Below, in pieces: positions 25,799-38,819 of a DNA stretch of 64,000 nt (within the stretch, counting starts at the first letter, position 1; every line of letters begins with the position of its first letter). The notes under the pieces are model-generated. The model saw nothing but the letters and a program-made list of their open reading frames with translations. It did not search any database and had not been told where the DNA came from. Origin of the DNA: Vicugna vicugna (taxonomy: Eukaryota); assembly GCA_013265495.1 (NCBI GenBank), contig MU058221.1:1550001-1614000 (forward strand). Direction: 5' to 3'. A program made the position numbers and the translations under genes.

Positions 25799-26379
25799 GA
25801 CTCTCCAAATCTCCTCTGCCCTAAAATCCATAATCCTTGGACACAGCTTACGTAACCCAGCATCTGATAGCTCCAGATAGACTTTATCTAACCCTGATTG
25901 GATCTTTCCAATGATACATAATGGAAGTATGTATGCAATTCTAGCTGTTTAATTCCAACTGGAGATTGTGTAGGGAGGGAGAAAGATTGACAGTTAAACG
26001 TTTTATTTTCATCCATATCATTAATTGCCTCATTGCACCTTGGTCAAACTTTAAACTAATTTTGGCAAACAAGTAGAGCAGTATTTAATCTAGCTAATTC
26101 AATCCCTTCATTTGACCAGTTGGATTTAACTACCACTTTGTCTGCAAGGGAGGAAGGAGGACATTTCTGCACTAGCAAGGGCAAAGGCTAACGTTCAAAG
26201 CCATGAGTACTGCTGCTTGGCCTCAAAATCAGAAGTGAGCTCGTGCTGGAGCTGAAGGTCGTCAGCTGTGAAAATCTAAGATCTAGTGCATCCTAGGTGG
26301 GCAGACAGGAAATAAGGGATCAAGACATTCTGAGGTATATAATTTGTATTCTAGGAGTCATTTAAGTTCAAACACATTC

Positions 26380-27855
26380 TGAAAGGTCTAGTTTTTCACT
26401 CCCCTTCCCCCATTTTGTGTTTTTGATACCATGTTTTGCATCTTTATGTTTATCCCATCGTGGTTTATTGCACTTATATTTGCTTCTGTAATTTTTTTGA
26501 CTTTCAGTCTTTATACTGTCTTACTTACTGCCTCTAGTAGGGAGAATTTTCCATTCCTGTAGATACTTCTTATTATAGCTTTTTCTTTTAAAAACCTTTT
26601 AATATGTCTTTTAGGGATAGTTTAGTATTGACGAACTCTTTTTGTTTTTGTCTATCTGAGAAGTTCTTTGTCTCTCCTTCAATTCTCAATCATTTTGCTG
26701 GATAGAGCATCCTGCTGTGAAGGTTTTTCTCTTTCAGTATTTTTAACATATCATGCCACTCCCTTCTGAACTGCAATGTTTCTGTAGAAAAATCAGATGA
26801 TAGCCATATGGGGAATCTTTTGTATAAGACTGTTTTTTTTTCTTTTGCCGTTAGAGTTTTCTCTTTTATTTTTACATTTTAATCATGATATGTCTTGGTG
26901 TGGATGTGTTTGGTTTCATCTTGTTTGAAACCCTCTGTGCTTTCTGTACTTGGATATCTGTTTCCTTCCTCAGGTTTGGAAAGTTTTCAGCCATAATTTC
27001 ATCAACCATATTTTAACTCCCTTCTTTCTCTTTTCTCCTTCTGGCATCCCCACAATGCAAATGTTGGTGTTATCCCAGACATCTCTTAAACTATTCTCAT
27101 TTAAATTTTTTTCTCTTTACTGTTCTGATTGATCTCTATTATCCTATCTTCCAGATCATTTATATGTTCTTCTGTATCATTTAGTCTTCCATTAATTCCT
27201 TCTAGTTCTTTTTTTTTTTTCATTTGTTATGATATTCTTCATTTCCAACTGGTTCTTTTATATATTTTCTGGTTCTTTAAATAAATAAACTGTGTTCATT
27301 TTTCTTTTCCCTAATTCCATTAGCATTCATATTACTAATGTTTTGAATTCTTCATCTGGTAAATGGTTTATTTTGTTTTATTATTTATTTTTTCAGTAGC
27401 TTCCTCATACTTTTTCAATGGAGACCAGTCCTTCTGTCTTGCCATTTCCCTGGACTTTCTCCTTCTCTATAAGTTAAGTGAAACAGTTACCTATTGTGGT
27501 CTCAAAGGGGTGTTCTAATGTGGGAGCATCTCTGTACAGTCTGTGTATGTCCAATACCTTTTGTGGGATAGCTGTATTTGGTAATTCACATCTTTCCTCA
27601 TTGTGTGCTGGCAGCCATCATTTAGGTAGGAGGTTGGGCTGCACATGGAGGGGTTCGGGCTGATGCCACATGTGAGCCAGGGCTTCCCCTTTACTCAGTG
27701 GCAGCCACCACCTTGTCAGGCATGGGATCAGATCCCAAGATGCGGCCACTGGAGCAGTTCTCAACCCCTCTCTGCTTTGCCTTGGGAGCAAGCCAGTGCG
27801 TGTCTGCCCCTCATGAGTCCAGGCTTCCTGCTGCCTTCCTGTCAGTCCCAGTAGT
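26380..27855 (-). mobile_element. Old L1 5' region/ORF1, decayed
   Basis: Antisense ORF1 motifs (atatcatgccactcccttctg...gtttctgtagaaaaatcagatgatagcc; ggaaagttttcagccataatttc). Confidence 0.85.
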
Positions 27856-27857
27856 TC

Positions 27858-28090
27858 ATAATTATCGTTGCTGTACGTTGCATGGGAATGTTGTTAAAAG
27901 GTTAAACCTAAGACATCTAATCACAAGAAAAACAAATTTTTTTCTGTTTCTTTAATGTTGTATCTATTTGAGATGGTCAGTGTTCACTAAACATATTGTG
28001 ATAATCACTTCATGTTGTATAGTCAAGTCACTGTGCAGTACAACGTGTGCAGTGCTGTTTGTCATTTATCCTCAATAAAACTGGAAGGGG
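27858..28090 (+). mobile_element. L1MA-like 3' end
   Basis: ttgtgataatcacttcatg...tatcctcaataaaactggaa. Confidence 0.75.
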
Positions 28091-29401
28091 GAAGTAGCCT
28101 TTTTCCTTCTCTTTGCCTCTTTTTCTTTCTTCTTCAGTTTCAGTTTCTACCAGTTAAGCTCATCCAGGCTCAGTCTTGTGGCTCAGGTGATGCAGACCAT
28201 ACTTAAATTTCAAAGACATGAAAAGATGTAGAACCTAAGGGATAGAGAATGAAACTATAAGGTTTCTCCCAGGAGTTCTGGAATGCATTTGTTCATTATC
28301 ATGTCTTAGGGTAATTATTATTCAAATTTTTGTCTTCTTAAGTACAAGACAATTTTGCTCCCATATCCTGATCTTTTACAATATCTACAAACATTTGGAG
28401 AGGAATAGATGAGCCCTCGGGGCTGGTAAAGTTAACTTTGTTCCTAGAGTTGTACTTCTGCTCTTGGTGAGATTTGCAAGACAGAGAAACTTGTTTCTAT
28501 TGGCCCTTGAGTGTTTACCTCCAGCTGGCTTATTTTCTAATTATTTGTAGGAAGCCTAGGGAGTCGTTGAGGAGATGGGGTCGTTTTTAGGAAGTGGGAC
28601 TTACGATGGACTTTTGCTTGAAGTCTAATTTCGGTTCTTTCATCTTCATGAGGGTTCCCTGAAGCTAACCATTAGGCTTTCTTTTTTTCCTCTCGATTTG
28701 ATTCCTCCATCAGTACTAAGTTGACAGCTGTTTATGAGGGCTCTCTTTTTTTTTCCCTTTTAAATATAGACAATTTAAATAACCCATTTTTTTGGCCATT
28801 GGCAAGTAAGATCTTACACAACTTAAAATAGCTACTCAGACTAATTTACGGTTTAACCAAAAACGCAAGAGGTGTTCAAAACAGCAGTTGTAGCCTGCTT
28901 GAGATCCAGAGAGTTCACTCCCAGAGCTTGTCTAAGTGAAAGCCCTTCATTGCCACGGGAGAGTGATGCAGTGACAGTGGTGTCTCCAGTTTTCCATGAA
29001 AGTGTGCTACGGCTCCAGTCACAGACCTGGCAGTCTGTGACATTGGAGAGGCCGTACTGAGCGGGACTTCCACAGCACTAACAAGGCAGTAAGGTTGAGA
29101 TGACAAAGCCCCCTTAGGGACTGGGACCTCTTCAGACAAATTCCCCTGAGTCTTACATGGCAGGAAAACTACTGCTTGTGATTTTACGTCTTGGAGCTTC
29201 AGTCTATTGGAGTAGCCACTGGATGCACCATGGGAAACGCATCTTCCAGATGTCAGAGGCCAGAAAGAATATTTGCACTAAACACAAATCCAAGCTCTCA
29301 AGACACAGAACAGAGTGGAAGGGAAAACGTCACCCAGTTTTCACCTACAGGCTCCACAGCAAGGTCTGTCTGAATGATGCAGGAAAAACAGATGTGGGGT
29401 G

Positions 29402-30005
29402 TGAGGAGGGCCGTGTCCCAGGCTTCAGCTGAGCCCCTGGGACGTGCCCCGCCAGGTGTGGGTCCTTGGCTTCGTGCAGGAAAGAATTCAAGAGCGAGCC
29501 ACAGTTGAGTAAAGGCAGATTTATCTAGAGAGATACATCGAAAGGCGAGAGAAAGGCCGTGAGGTGTGGGGGTTGGGTGCTCAGATTAGAGTAAAAGTAG
29601 GTACACACTCCACAGACAGAGCGCGGGCTGTCTCTGAAGAGGGAGAGAGGGGGATGGCTGCGAGGCACTGTGCTGCCAGTTTTTATGGGCTCAGTGGCTT
29701 CCTATGCTAATAAGTGGAAGGACCAGTCTAACTACCCTGAGGAAGGGGCCAGGATGCCCAGGAAGCTGGCCATTTCCCACTCTTTGACCTTTGGTGGCCT
29801 TGGGACTGTCCTGATGCCTATGGGCGTGTTATTCACCATGTTAATACATTACAATGAGCGTATAATGAAGCTCAAGGTCCGCTAGAAATCAACTCTCCCA
29901 CCATCTTGAGCCTCAAGGCCTCCTGGGGGCTGCGTCCTCCACCCTCCTGGTGTTAACTGCTGTGTCCTTCCTTGAACGGCTGTGTCCTGTCCCCTCCCCA
30001 TCTCA
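29402..30005 (-). mobile_element. ERV1-type solo LTR, relatively young and CpG-retaining
   Basis: tgagga...catctca termini; ggcttcgtgcaggaaagaattcaagagcgagcc and ccatcttg motifs. Confidence 0.8.
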
Positions 30006-30469
30006 TAAGTGGATATCGATCTGGTGAGAGACTTCAACTCACAGCCTGCGAGGCCAGCTCCAACGGCAGCCTTAGAAGAGCCTTTGGCTCTGCCCTGTGG
30101 CTCTTCCACATTATGACAAACAACACAACAGACAGAGACAAACGACAACAGTGACCATCTCTGGGAGAAAATGATCAGTACAAAACAAGAGCACTCATTT
30201 ACCAAATATAAGAGTTTCTGTGTCACAAGGGACTGGCTCCAAATATTTTCTCCTTCTTACCTAAGTGGAGAAAGAGCGAGAGAGCGGAGTTTCACCACTG
30301 TTCCTGCCACCAGATCTTGCAGGGAGAGGCCCAGGGGGCTGCTGTGGTACGAACTGTCACCAACTGCCAGGACTTGTCAGATGTCCCAGGACTCCTCAGC
30401 TGCAGCAGCCTCGGGGCGGGAAGCAGGGCCCCGCCACGCTCCCAGCAGCCTCCCACCTGGCACGCCAGC

Positions 30470-30997
30470 TGTCACGGAGCAGCGCATCCCCCTCTCCTCT
30501 CCTGAGCTCTTGTGGCTGGACTAACAATAAAATTGACACGAGACAGATTAACTGAAGAAAAAGAAACAAGTTTAACGTGTGCTCACAGGGATGGCAGAGA
30601 AATGGGACCTAGGAAGTGACCAAAACAGGCAGCTTTTATATTTTTTTAGGCGAGAGAATTGACAGGACAAAGAAATTTAGGCTTCGGGTGCCTAATTAGT
30701 AAGGAATTAAAGCAAAGTCTGGGCTGGGGTAGTAAATTAGTAGAGGAGTAACAAGATTTGTCTGTATAGCCTTCTTGGCCCTGAATATATCCTTTGTCTG
30801 GTAATAAGTGTGTCTTTCTACCTCCTGGTCCAGGAAGGGTGCGTTTCAGTTGGAAGGTATATTTCCTGCTTTCAGGGAGACAGAGAGAAGGGTGAGACTG
30901 TCTCTCTTGCACTGGCTGTTTCTAAAATTACTTTAATTCAAAACAATCAACATGCCATTGAGGCATATTTTGCAGTGACCAGCCCTCAGCCCCAACA
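30470..30997 (-). mobile_element. MER39/MER34-like ERV1 solo LTR
   Basis: aataaaattgacacgagacagattaac...atgccattgaggcatattttg...cccaaca, the reverse of the MER34-group LTR start. Confidence 0.75.
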
Positions 30998-33059
30998 ACC
31001 TCAATTCCTCAATTTCCAATATAGGAATAAACACATCGGCCACTCAGTAGGAAGATCTAATTAGAAAATATATGGACAAGCACACACTGCTTCTCTAAAT
31101 AAGTGGTTGAATTATTATGAGGTAAGCCTTCGTGTGAATCTTAAAAGGATGGACCCCATGTGATCATAGAGGGAAATGTTATTTGATGCTCTTCCATACG
31201 GAACAGCACAGACAGATTTTTTAAGTTCCTGTGCAAATGAAAAAAAAAGGATAATGCATATTGCACTTAAAATAGGAGAAACTACAGTTGGCTTTTAAAA
31301 TGAGTTTGCATAGTTTTGACGCTGTGTCGTGTTCACTTGAATATGACATAAATGAGATGTGGTTAAGAAAGTAAACTGGACCTGCTAGTCATCTAAGTTA
31401 CTGACTATCAAAGTGAGAGATGAAGACATGACAGTCGTCAGTCACTGAAGCCGCAATTATAAACAGAAATGTTACGAATGCCCTGGCAGTCCTGCAAGCA
31501 TCACCTACGCTTACCTCAGTGCATAGACATTGTTTCTTCTTGGGAAAATGTAGCTTTGCCTGTGCAATTCGAGCTGCCTTATTCAGTGATGGTTTCTTAG
31601 CCGTTAAAGAAGGCTACATCCTTTCTTCACTTTATTGCTGTTTACTTTTAGTGGAAAATTCCACTAGAATTGATGCTTCAGGTTTATGAAGGTTGGAGGA
31701 TAGCCTCTTCGTCTTGGTATCCACTACGTTTACTTCAGAAGTTGCCAGGATCCATAGGACTGTGGTTTGTGTCCACACATTAATGCTCGATTCTTGGACA
31801 GCTTAATGCATATGTCTTCTTAGCTGAAATATTAAGACCCCTATAGAGTTGAGTAGAAGGATGCCCTTAGTATTTGGAATGATGAGTAAAACTGTTTACA
31901 AAAAAAAAGATGAGTTATTCTATTATGCATCTATCACCAGATTTATTATATTTTAATGTACAGATTTGTATTCGTACACAACGTGCTATAATGCATAGAA
32001 TAAATTGAATGTCAGATGTCCTTTCAGCTTGAGAAATCCCTAAAATTTCTGAATTTCCTCACCTTTAAAAGGAAAAAAGAAAAAAGAGCCAGATAAATGA
32101 TCTTTACTCTTACAACTCTAAATATTTAAGGAAAACATCCTCCCATTATCAGAACCCTTATCACAGTGATCAGCGTCATCTGACATTCCCACAATATTGC
32201 TTGAGCTTCACGGGGCTTGTGCTGGTTTTGAATGAACAAAGCAGCCTGGCCGCACAGGACACGCGCGAAGGTACAAGGCCTGTGTGTGTGCGAGCCCAGT
32301 GGGAAGCACGGGGGGCTGGTGCCATGCGTCAGGGACAAGGGCGGCCACCGAGCTCCCTGCACCAAAGCCTGAAGCCCCGCCCTTCGTAAGCCAGCCTCAG
32401 AAAGCACTAAAAACGACTCTTGCAATAAGCAGAATGGAAACATTACATTGGCTTCCTCTCTTAGGCTCCTTGACTTTATACATACAAGTAGGACTCTACA
32501 TTAGGGATCAAAAGCACAATATATATTTGTAAAGAAACATACCTTCCATCTTCATTAGTCTGTGCTATTATTTTTAGTGAAGTAATACACATGGCAGACT
32601 CCCCGAACTGCAAGCAGCTGTAAGTTTAATTGGCATAATTTAGGACCCTCATCCTTTCTCAGACCTTGACGACTTCTGAACATACCGACCCTTGGTGCTC
32701 GCTGGTTTCTCTCTGAAAACTTTGTTTAATGTGGGCTGGATCTTGGGCCAAGTGACCCAGGACGTCTTTCTGTGATTTAATTGTTTTTATTGGCCTAATT
32801 AATTTAAAAAGTTTAATTATGAAGCCGCATGCGTCCTGTGCAAAGTCTGTAAAGTACCATTCAATGACGGCCAGATGAGCCATGCAGAAGTGGCTTTTTT
32901 TTTTTTAACCTAATTAACAAAATAAACCAGAGAGATGCAGAGTACAAAGTGTGGACCCTAAATAAAATAACTCCTTTCGTCCTAAATTTCCATGGTAATA
33001 GAAGTTTTACGTTCTTTTCTAAAAATTGTATTCCTACATAAACATGAGGAAGTTATCAT

Positions 33060-33650
33060 ATGTTCTACTTTTCTATTGATTTACGAAAAGTCAACAGCAA
33101 ACTTAGTGGCTCAGAACAGTATCAACCATTTTATTTTCTCCTCTCATAGTTCTGGAGTTGACTGGGCTCAGCTGGGCAGCTCCCACTCGGGGTTTGACGT
33201 GTTTGCAGCCACACAGGGCAGGGCTGGGCTCCACCGAAGGCGCTCTCATACGTGCATTTGGCACTTGAGCTGGGAAGACCCAATTGGCTCCTTCAACTGT
33301 AAAGCTCGGGCCGCCCAGAGCCTCTCTCCACCTGCATGTTGTTCCCATGTGGTCTCCTCAGGGCAGCAGCTCTGGGGTGGCTGGGCTTCTACGTGGTGCT
33401 CACGGCTCCAAAGGCTGATACCCCAACAGAGGGAGAGCCTGGCAGACCCTGCATCACCTTTATGGCCCGTCCTCTTGTGTTACAGAGTCACTCCCACCCC
33501 CATTTTATTCATGGAACAATGACAAAAGCCCATCGGGATTCTCTGGGAGGGAAACAGACTGCCCCTCCTTCGGGGGGCCACCAGCACTCCGACGGGCTTG
33601 TGAGGTGGAGGAGAATGTGCGGCCACTCTTGGTAAACGCCACCTACCAGA
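33060..33650 (-). mobile_element. MLT1 (F/G/H-like) MaLR LTR
   Basis: aaacttagtggctcagaaca...ctgggctcagctgggcag...; accounts for ORF 32992-33522. Confidence 0.8.
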
Positions 33651-34077
33651 GCGTCCTCGGGTCGGAATTGTCACGTCCAAATCTCAGGCAAGTGCAGGCA
33701 AGACGAGATGGAGGGGGAACCTACCAACTTGTGATTCACCACCGAGAAAGAAAGGACCCGTCCAGAGTGTCAGGGAGGGACCCCAGCTAACACCAGCCCC
33801 CCACCCCCGCCGAGGCCCCGAACCTCTGTAGGAGGGAAAGGACACGACGGGGTCTGCAGGGGACTGAGGAGGAGGAGGAGGGAAAGAAGGAGGAGAGAAA
33901 ACAAAAACGGGAAGACGGAGAAGAGAGAAGCCAAAGGGAGACAAAACTGTGTTTCAAAAAGAAGCAGAAAACTAGTGGCCTCTAAAAGGTCCCAAATCGG
34001 GTCGCAGTCAGACTTCTCCTCCAGACGTTAGAGAAAAATCTCACTGATTAAAAAAAAAAAAACTAGACAGCCTGAAC

Positions 34078-34348
34078 GAGAAAGAAAAATACCATATGAT
34101 GTCGCCTATATGTGAAATATGAAAAAAAATGAAACAAATGAACTTATTTTCAAAACAAAAACAGACTCACAGACACAGTTTACCCAGGTGGGAAAGGAGA
34201 GAGGGGAGGGGGATAAATTGGGAGCTCAGGATTTGCAGACACTGATCACTATATATAAAAGAGATAAACAGCAAGGTCCTCCTGTACAGCACAGGGAACT
34301 GTAGTCAATACCTTGTAATAGCCTATAATGAAAAAGATTATGAAAAGA

Positions 34349-34379
<31 letters not shown>

Positions 34380-34505
34380 TTGAACCACTGTGCTGTACAC
34401 CAGAAACTGACACAACATTGTAAACTGACTGTATTTCAATAAATATATATATATATATAAATATATATATATATACACACACAAAAAAAGTGTTATAATA
34501 AAAAA
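34078..34505 (+). mobile_element. L1 3' end with internal (TA)n microsatellites
   Basis: aaaataccatatgatgtcgcc...cacagggaactgtagtcaatacc...aaactgactgtatttcaataaa; (TA)n at about 34350-34372 and 34443-34475. Confidence 0.92.
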
Positions 34506-34574
34506 GAAAGTCTATGTGGGCAAAATAAATTCACAATAAAAATATATATACTTACTATCAAAGAGGTCTAGGGA

Positions 34575-34740
34575 CAGATCTGGGCCCTTCAATTTTCTGT
34601 CTGTATGAGAACAAGGAAGTCACTAAGCCACTCGCAGCGTTTCTCCTGAGCTGCACGTTGTAAATAGCATTCCTACTTGAACTTTATCATCATTGTGAAG
34701 ATAAGGTGAGACAATACAGAGAAATTGCCAGTGACTGAGG
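34575..34740 (+). mobile_element. MIR relic
   Basis: acagatctggg...aagtcactaagcc...ttgtgaagataaggtgagacaatac. Confidence 0.5.
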
Positions 34741-35785
34741 TCAGGGCCAAAATGATGCTCACTATTCCAGCAAGAGAAGCCAGGTATAAAAAATTCATTT
34801 TACCGTCGCAGACTCCACATGCTAACTTCAACATACATTAAATTCATATATTCCTTGGGTTTGTTTCTTGGCCATTAGTTATGTTTTCATAACCTTCTGT
34901 CTATGTGTCAGTGTCAAGCATACTGTTCACAGGGTGGTGAGCATTATAAACTATGTGTGCACATGTCAGTACAAGACCTTCCACATTTGTTTTCAAAATA
35001 ATTTCAGTCTATTTTTAGATCACCAAATGTCCAGAATGTGGAAGGGTAAATTCTACTATTGGATCAGTCATTGAAGTAGAATTAAGTTTTAGACCAGTTC
35101 CCTGTTACCACCCCCACCCCAACTCCCCAACATTCTACAATTCTAAAAAGAAATATAAGTTTGATTCACTTTCTCTTTGGACAGTGAGAGGCCACATGAC
35201 AAAATTTAAACTTCACAAGGTTAGAGGCAAACAGATTACACATCAAATTGACAAAGCATTCATACAACTCAGTTTCAAAGTTAGGAAAATGGAAAAGCAA
35301 TACGGACACCAGCGTATGACTATTACGAATCAGAAGAAATGTCTGCAAAATTCCAAGTATGGAGTCCGGGATAGACACAGATGTCCACCTTCAATGACAG
35401 ATCAGGACCGGCTTCAGGAGCAGCATGACCACTACTAATTTCTCGGGCAGTTCGTGAAATTATCTGGCGGGTGGAGTTATTCGGATTTTTATTTTTGAAT
35501 AAATGACATCCATCAGCTCTTAACTTCTATGAAACAAATTTTCACTGTACTTAAATTGTGTGACATAACCAAGTTCAGGATCTCTATAGGCAGCTGTGAG
35601 ATCCTGGAGAGTGGCCAAGACTGACCAAAAACAAGAGATAGGAGAGTGTGATGAGGAACGGGGATCACATTTGAAGAGAATCTTTTCTATGCCAGGCAAG
35701 CATCATAAAACACCTGCACGTGAACTCTTGTTATTCTCATAATAAAGGTGAAAGAAACATATTTCTTTTTTTTACACGATGCGTT

Positions 35786-36088
35786 CATTTTATTTTTTAT
35801 TTTATTTTATTTTATGAGTTACAGTCAGTTGACACTGCTGTGTCAATTTCCAGTGTAGAGCACAATTCCTCAGTTATACGTGAACATGCATATAGTCATT
35901 GTCACATTCTTTTTCCCCGTGAGCTGCCACAAGATCTTGTGTACATCTCCCTGTGCTATAAAGTATAATCTTGTTTATCCATTCTGCATATGCCTGTCAG
36001 TATCTACAAATCTCAAACTCCCAGTCTGTCCCTTCCCACCCCCTGCCCCCCAGCAACCACAAGTTTGTGTTCTACGTCTGTGAGTCTG
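35786..36088 (-). mobile_element. Camelid-type L1 3' end
   Basis: (ttta)n tail followed by tgtgtcaatttccagtgtagagcacaatt...gcaaccacaagtttgt. Confidence 0.9.
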
Positions 36089-37001
36089 ACAAAGAGGAAA
36101 TATTGTATAAAAGGAAACATACACAATACGCACGCGTATGAAGACACACACACCTTAAAGTTACACTTCTTCTCAAGAAGATTAATTACATTTCAGCCCT
36201 GAGACTGGCAAGCGAGCTCGTGGGCTTGTTCTGTCGCTGTTCCGGCCGCAAGGAGAGGGTCAGCTAATAATTCTGGGGCACAGTCAAAGAGTCACAGCCC
36301 AGCTGCTCAGCGGGCGGGGCCGCTCAGTAGGTTTCCTCCCTGCTTCCCGGTCACCAGCAAAGACAGCGTGACAATGACAACAGCTCCCTTCTTAGAGCCT
36401 CTTGATTATGCCTGTCATTCACGCAGCCACGGTGACAGCGCCGGTGCCCAGGACCGCGTCTCAGCTGGGCTCCAGTTGAACAGGGCTGGTGAAGAAGTCC
36501 ACACCAGGGACACCGTTTTTCACACCCCCCCCACCCTTCACCTGCAGGGCGAGGTGCACCAGGAGGACAGAAGTTCCCACGGCGATGTGCAGCGGCCGTA
36601 TTTAACAGACGCCCCCAACGCTCCACCGCCCTGATTCCAAACGCTGTGTTCCAGGCTGTGTCATGGCTCAGTCACAGGCTGCAGGCTTTCCACCGACTTA
36701 AGAGACCAAAATAAATTCTTCCTTTCTGAATGTAAAGGGTTTATTCAAAATTGAAGAGGCACTGATTTAAAAATTGGTCATTATTTAAAACTGAGAGGTC
36801 ATAAAACCAAGGATGCATTCCTGATATCCATGGTGACTTCTTTGAATTGCTAAGCCTCAGAATTTAATCCCTGTAGGTGACTGCTCTGTTCACCATACAC
36901 GGTGCAAGCTTGGTGGTTCTCCTTTCATTGGCTTATCTTGTACGTATTAGCACCTCACTTAAAACTAACTTTATAACTTGTATTACACATGAAGTTAAGA
37001 A

Positions 37002-37415
37002 AGTTCATTTTGTGTTTTAAGGCTGAAAAATATTCCATTGCATAGATTCACCATTTGCAAATAGATGAAACTGGACTACATTATGCTAAGTGAAATAAGC
37101 CAAAAAGAAAGAAAAAAACTGCATGATCTCATGTGTATAGAATCTAAAAATGTCAAATACACAGAGGCAGAGAGTAGAATGGCGGTTACAGGGGCGGAGA
37201 GCTGGGGGAAATGGGGAGACGCTGGTGAAAGGGCAGAAAGGTCTGGAGACATAAAGTATAAGAAGACGTCCGTAGACAATGATCCTGCATGGGATGCGGA
37301 AATTCGCTGAGAGAGTAGATTTCAGGTGCTCTCACAGAAAAAAAAGGTAAGGAGCTGGCTATGTTAGCTTGACGGTAGTAATTATTTCAACCTGTGTATC
37401 TATGTATCATGTTAT
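37002..37415 (+). mobile_element. L1MA-like 3' end with short 5' inversion
   Basis: Sense part about 37050-37415 (cattatgctaagtgaaataagcc...); 37002-37055 is the antisense of the L1 segment immediately upstream. Confidence 0.8.
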
Positions 37416-38819
37416 CCAACTTAAATATACTTATAATTTTTATTAAAATAAAATTTTAAGATGCATTTTCAGTATGTTTAATAATCTGCTGTATTTCCTA
37501 ATAGAGATTTACACAAGTCTAGGGGTTCAGATCTCCTCTATAAGCCATTTTATTTTCATACACAGAATCAAGCTGGAAAATTATTTTTTTTAATTTCATA
37601 CAGGCTAGTGTATCACCTGTCTAGTGTATCCTGGGCTGATTGACAGTTACCAAAAGAGACGTCAGTGTTTTTTCCTTCTTGTTAGTATGTGAAAAAGACT
37701 AAGATCTATAGAAAGTCTCCAAAAGTCATCAATTGCTAAATGTGCCCGTGTGCACCTGATTCATGCGTAAAACCGATGCCAGTGGAACACTGGTGCGTAA
37801 TCTGTACATGCCTAAGCACCCCTCCTCTGAGTTCATATTTCCTATTTGTTCTATTCAAGTAACGTTCCAGTCGTAATTTTATACAAATATGTTCCCACAA
37901 AATGTAACAGCATTATGTTGGCTTCAAAACGTTCAAAGGTTTTGTTGCTGTTTTTCTTGAAAACATAGTGATTAAGTATAACACAGTTTTATTTCCACCA
38001 TCTTACGTAATATATGCAAGAGGAATGCCAAACTACGGCACCTGGAGTTTTATCGATTGCTTCTATTCACAATTGGCTCAATCAAGGGAATGCAGAGAGT
38101 GAAAAATGACCAAAACAAAAAAGTGATAAACAATCAAACAGCCAGAAACCGTCATTAGTCCCATCTCTTGCTGTTAACTAGAGATCTCACTCAAGTTAAC
38201 GAGGATACAGATGAATGATACACCAGCAGCTCATCCTTTGTCATTTTTCCAACAAAGCTTTGAGGGAAAAATGCCAACCTAATTATAAAAACTGATGGAA
38301 GCACATAAGTAGTTGGCCAATTAGTCTAAGCGTCTTTAAAACACCTCAGTTGTCTGGAGCCCGGATGAAATGGGAGTTGGGGGGAAATAGCGCATCTCAG
38401 AGCCCTGAACGCCGCCTCCATGTTAATGATGACCTGAAACATCTCGGCATCTCTGATCAACCTGATATGTGATGCGAGGAACTGAAAAGGAGGCTCTGCC
38501 CTGAGGTTAGACTCACTAATCTCTTACGAATTCTCGGGGCACCTCAAGATCAATAGAGCTCAATACTCCGCATTTTTGTATGATTGTGGACTTGCTCATC
38601 CTGGTTTTTTTCCAATTAAAAATATGTCTCGGTGGATACAGGCGCTGCTTCTAGGAAACAATTTTAAAAGTCTTCTTAAAAAAGAATTTCCCAAGATCAT
38701 CTTAGCTTCTGAAAAATCTGGCTTTATGCAAATGAGAAAGCAAAATGCACACATATGTACGCACACACATGCAGTCTTTCCCTGGAATTCCTTATATGAA
38801 AAGAAGAAAAGCTGAAAGA

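Noticed and set aside
32992..33522. 176-aa ATG-initiated ORF
   Set aside because: Lies almost entirely within an MLT1 LTR; no domain recognised.
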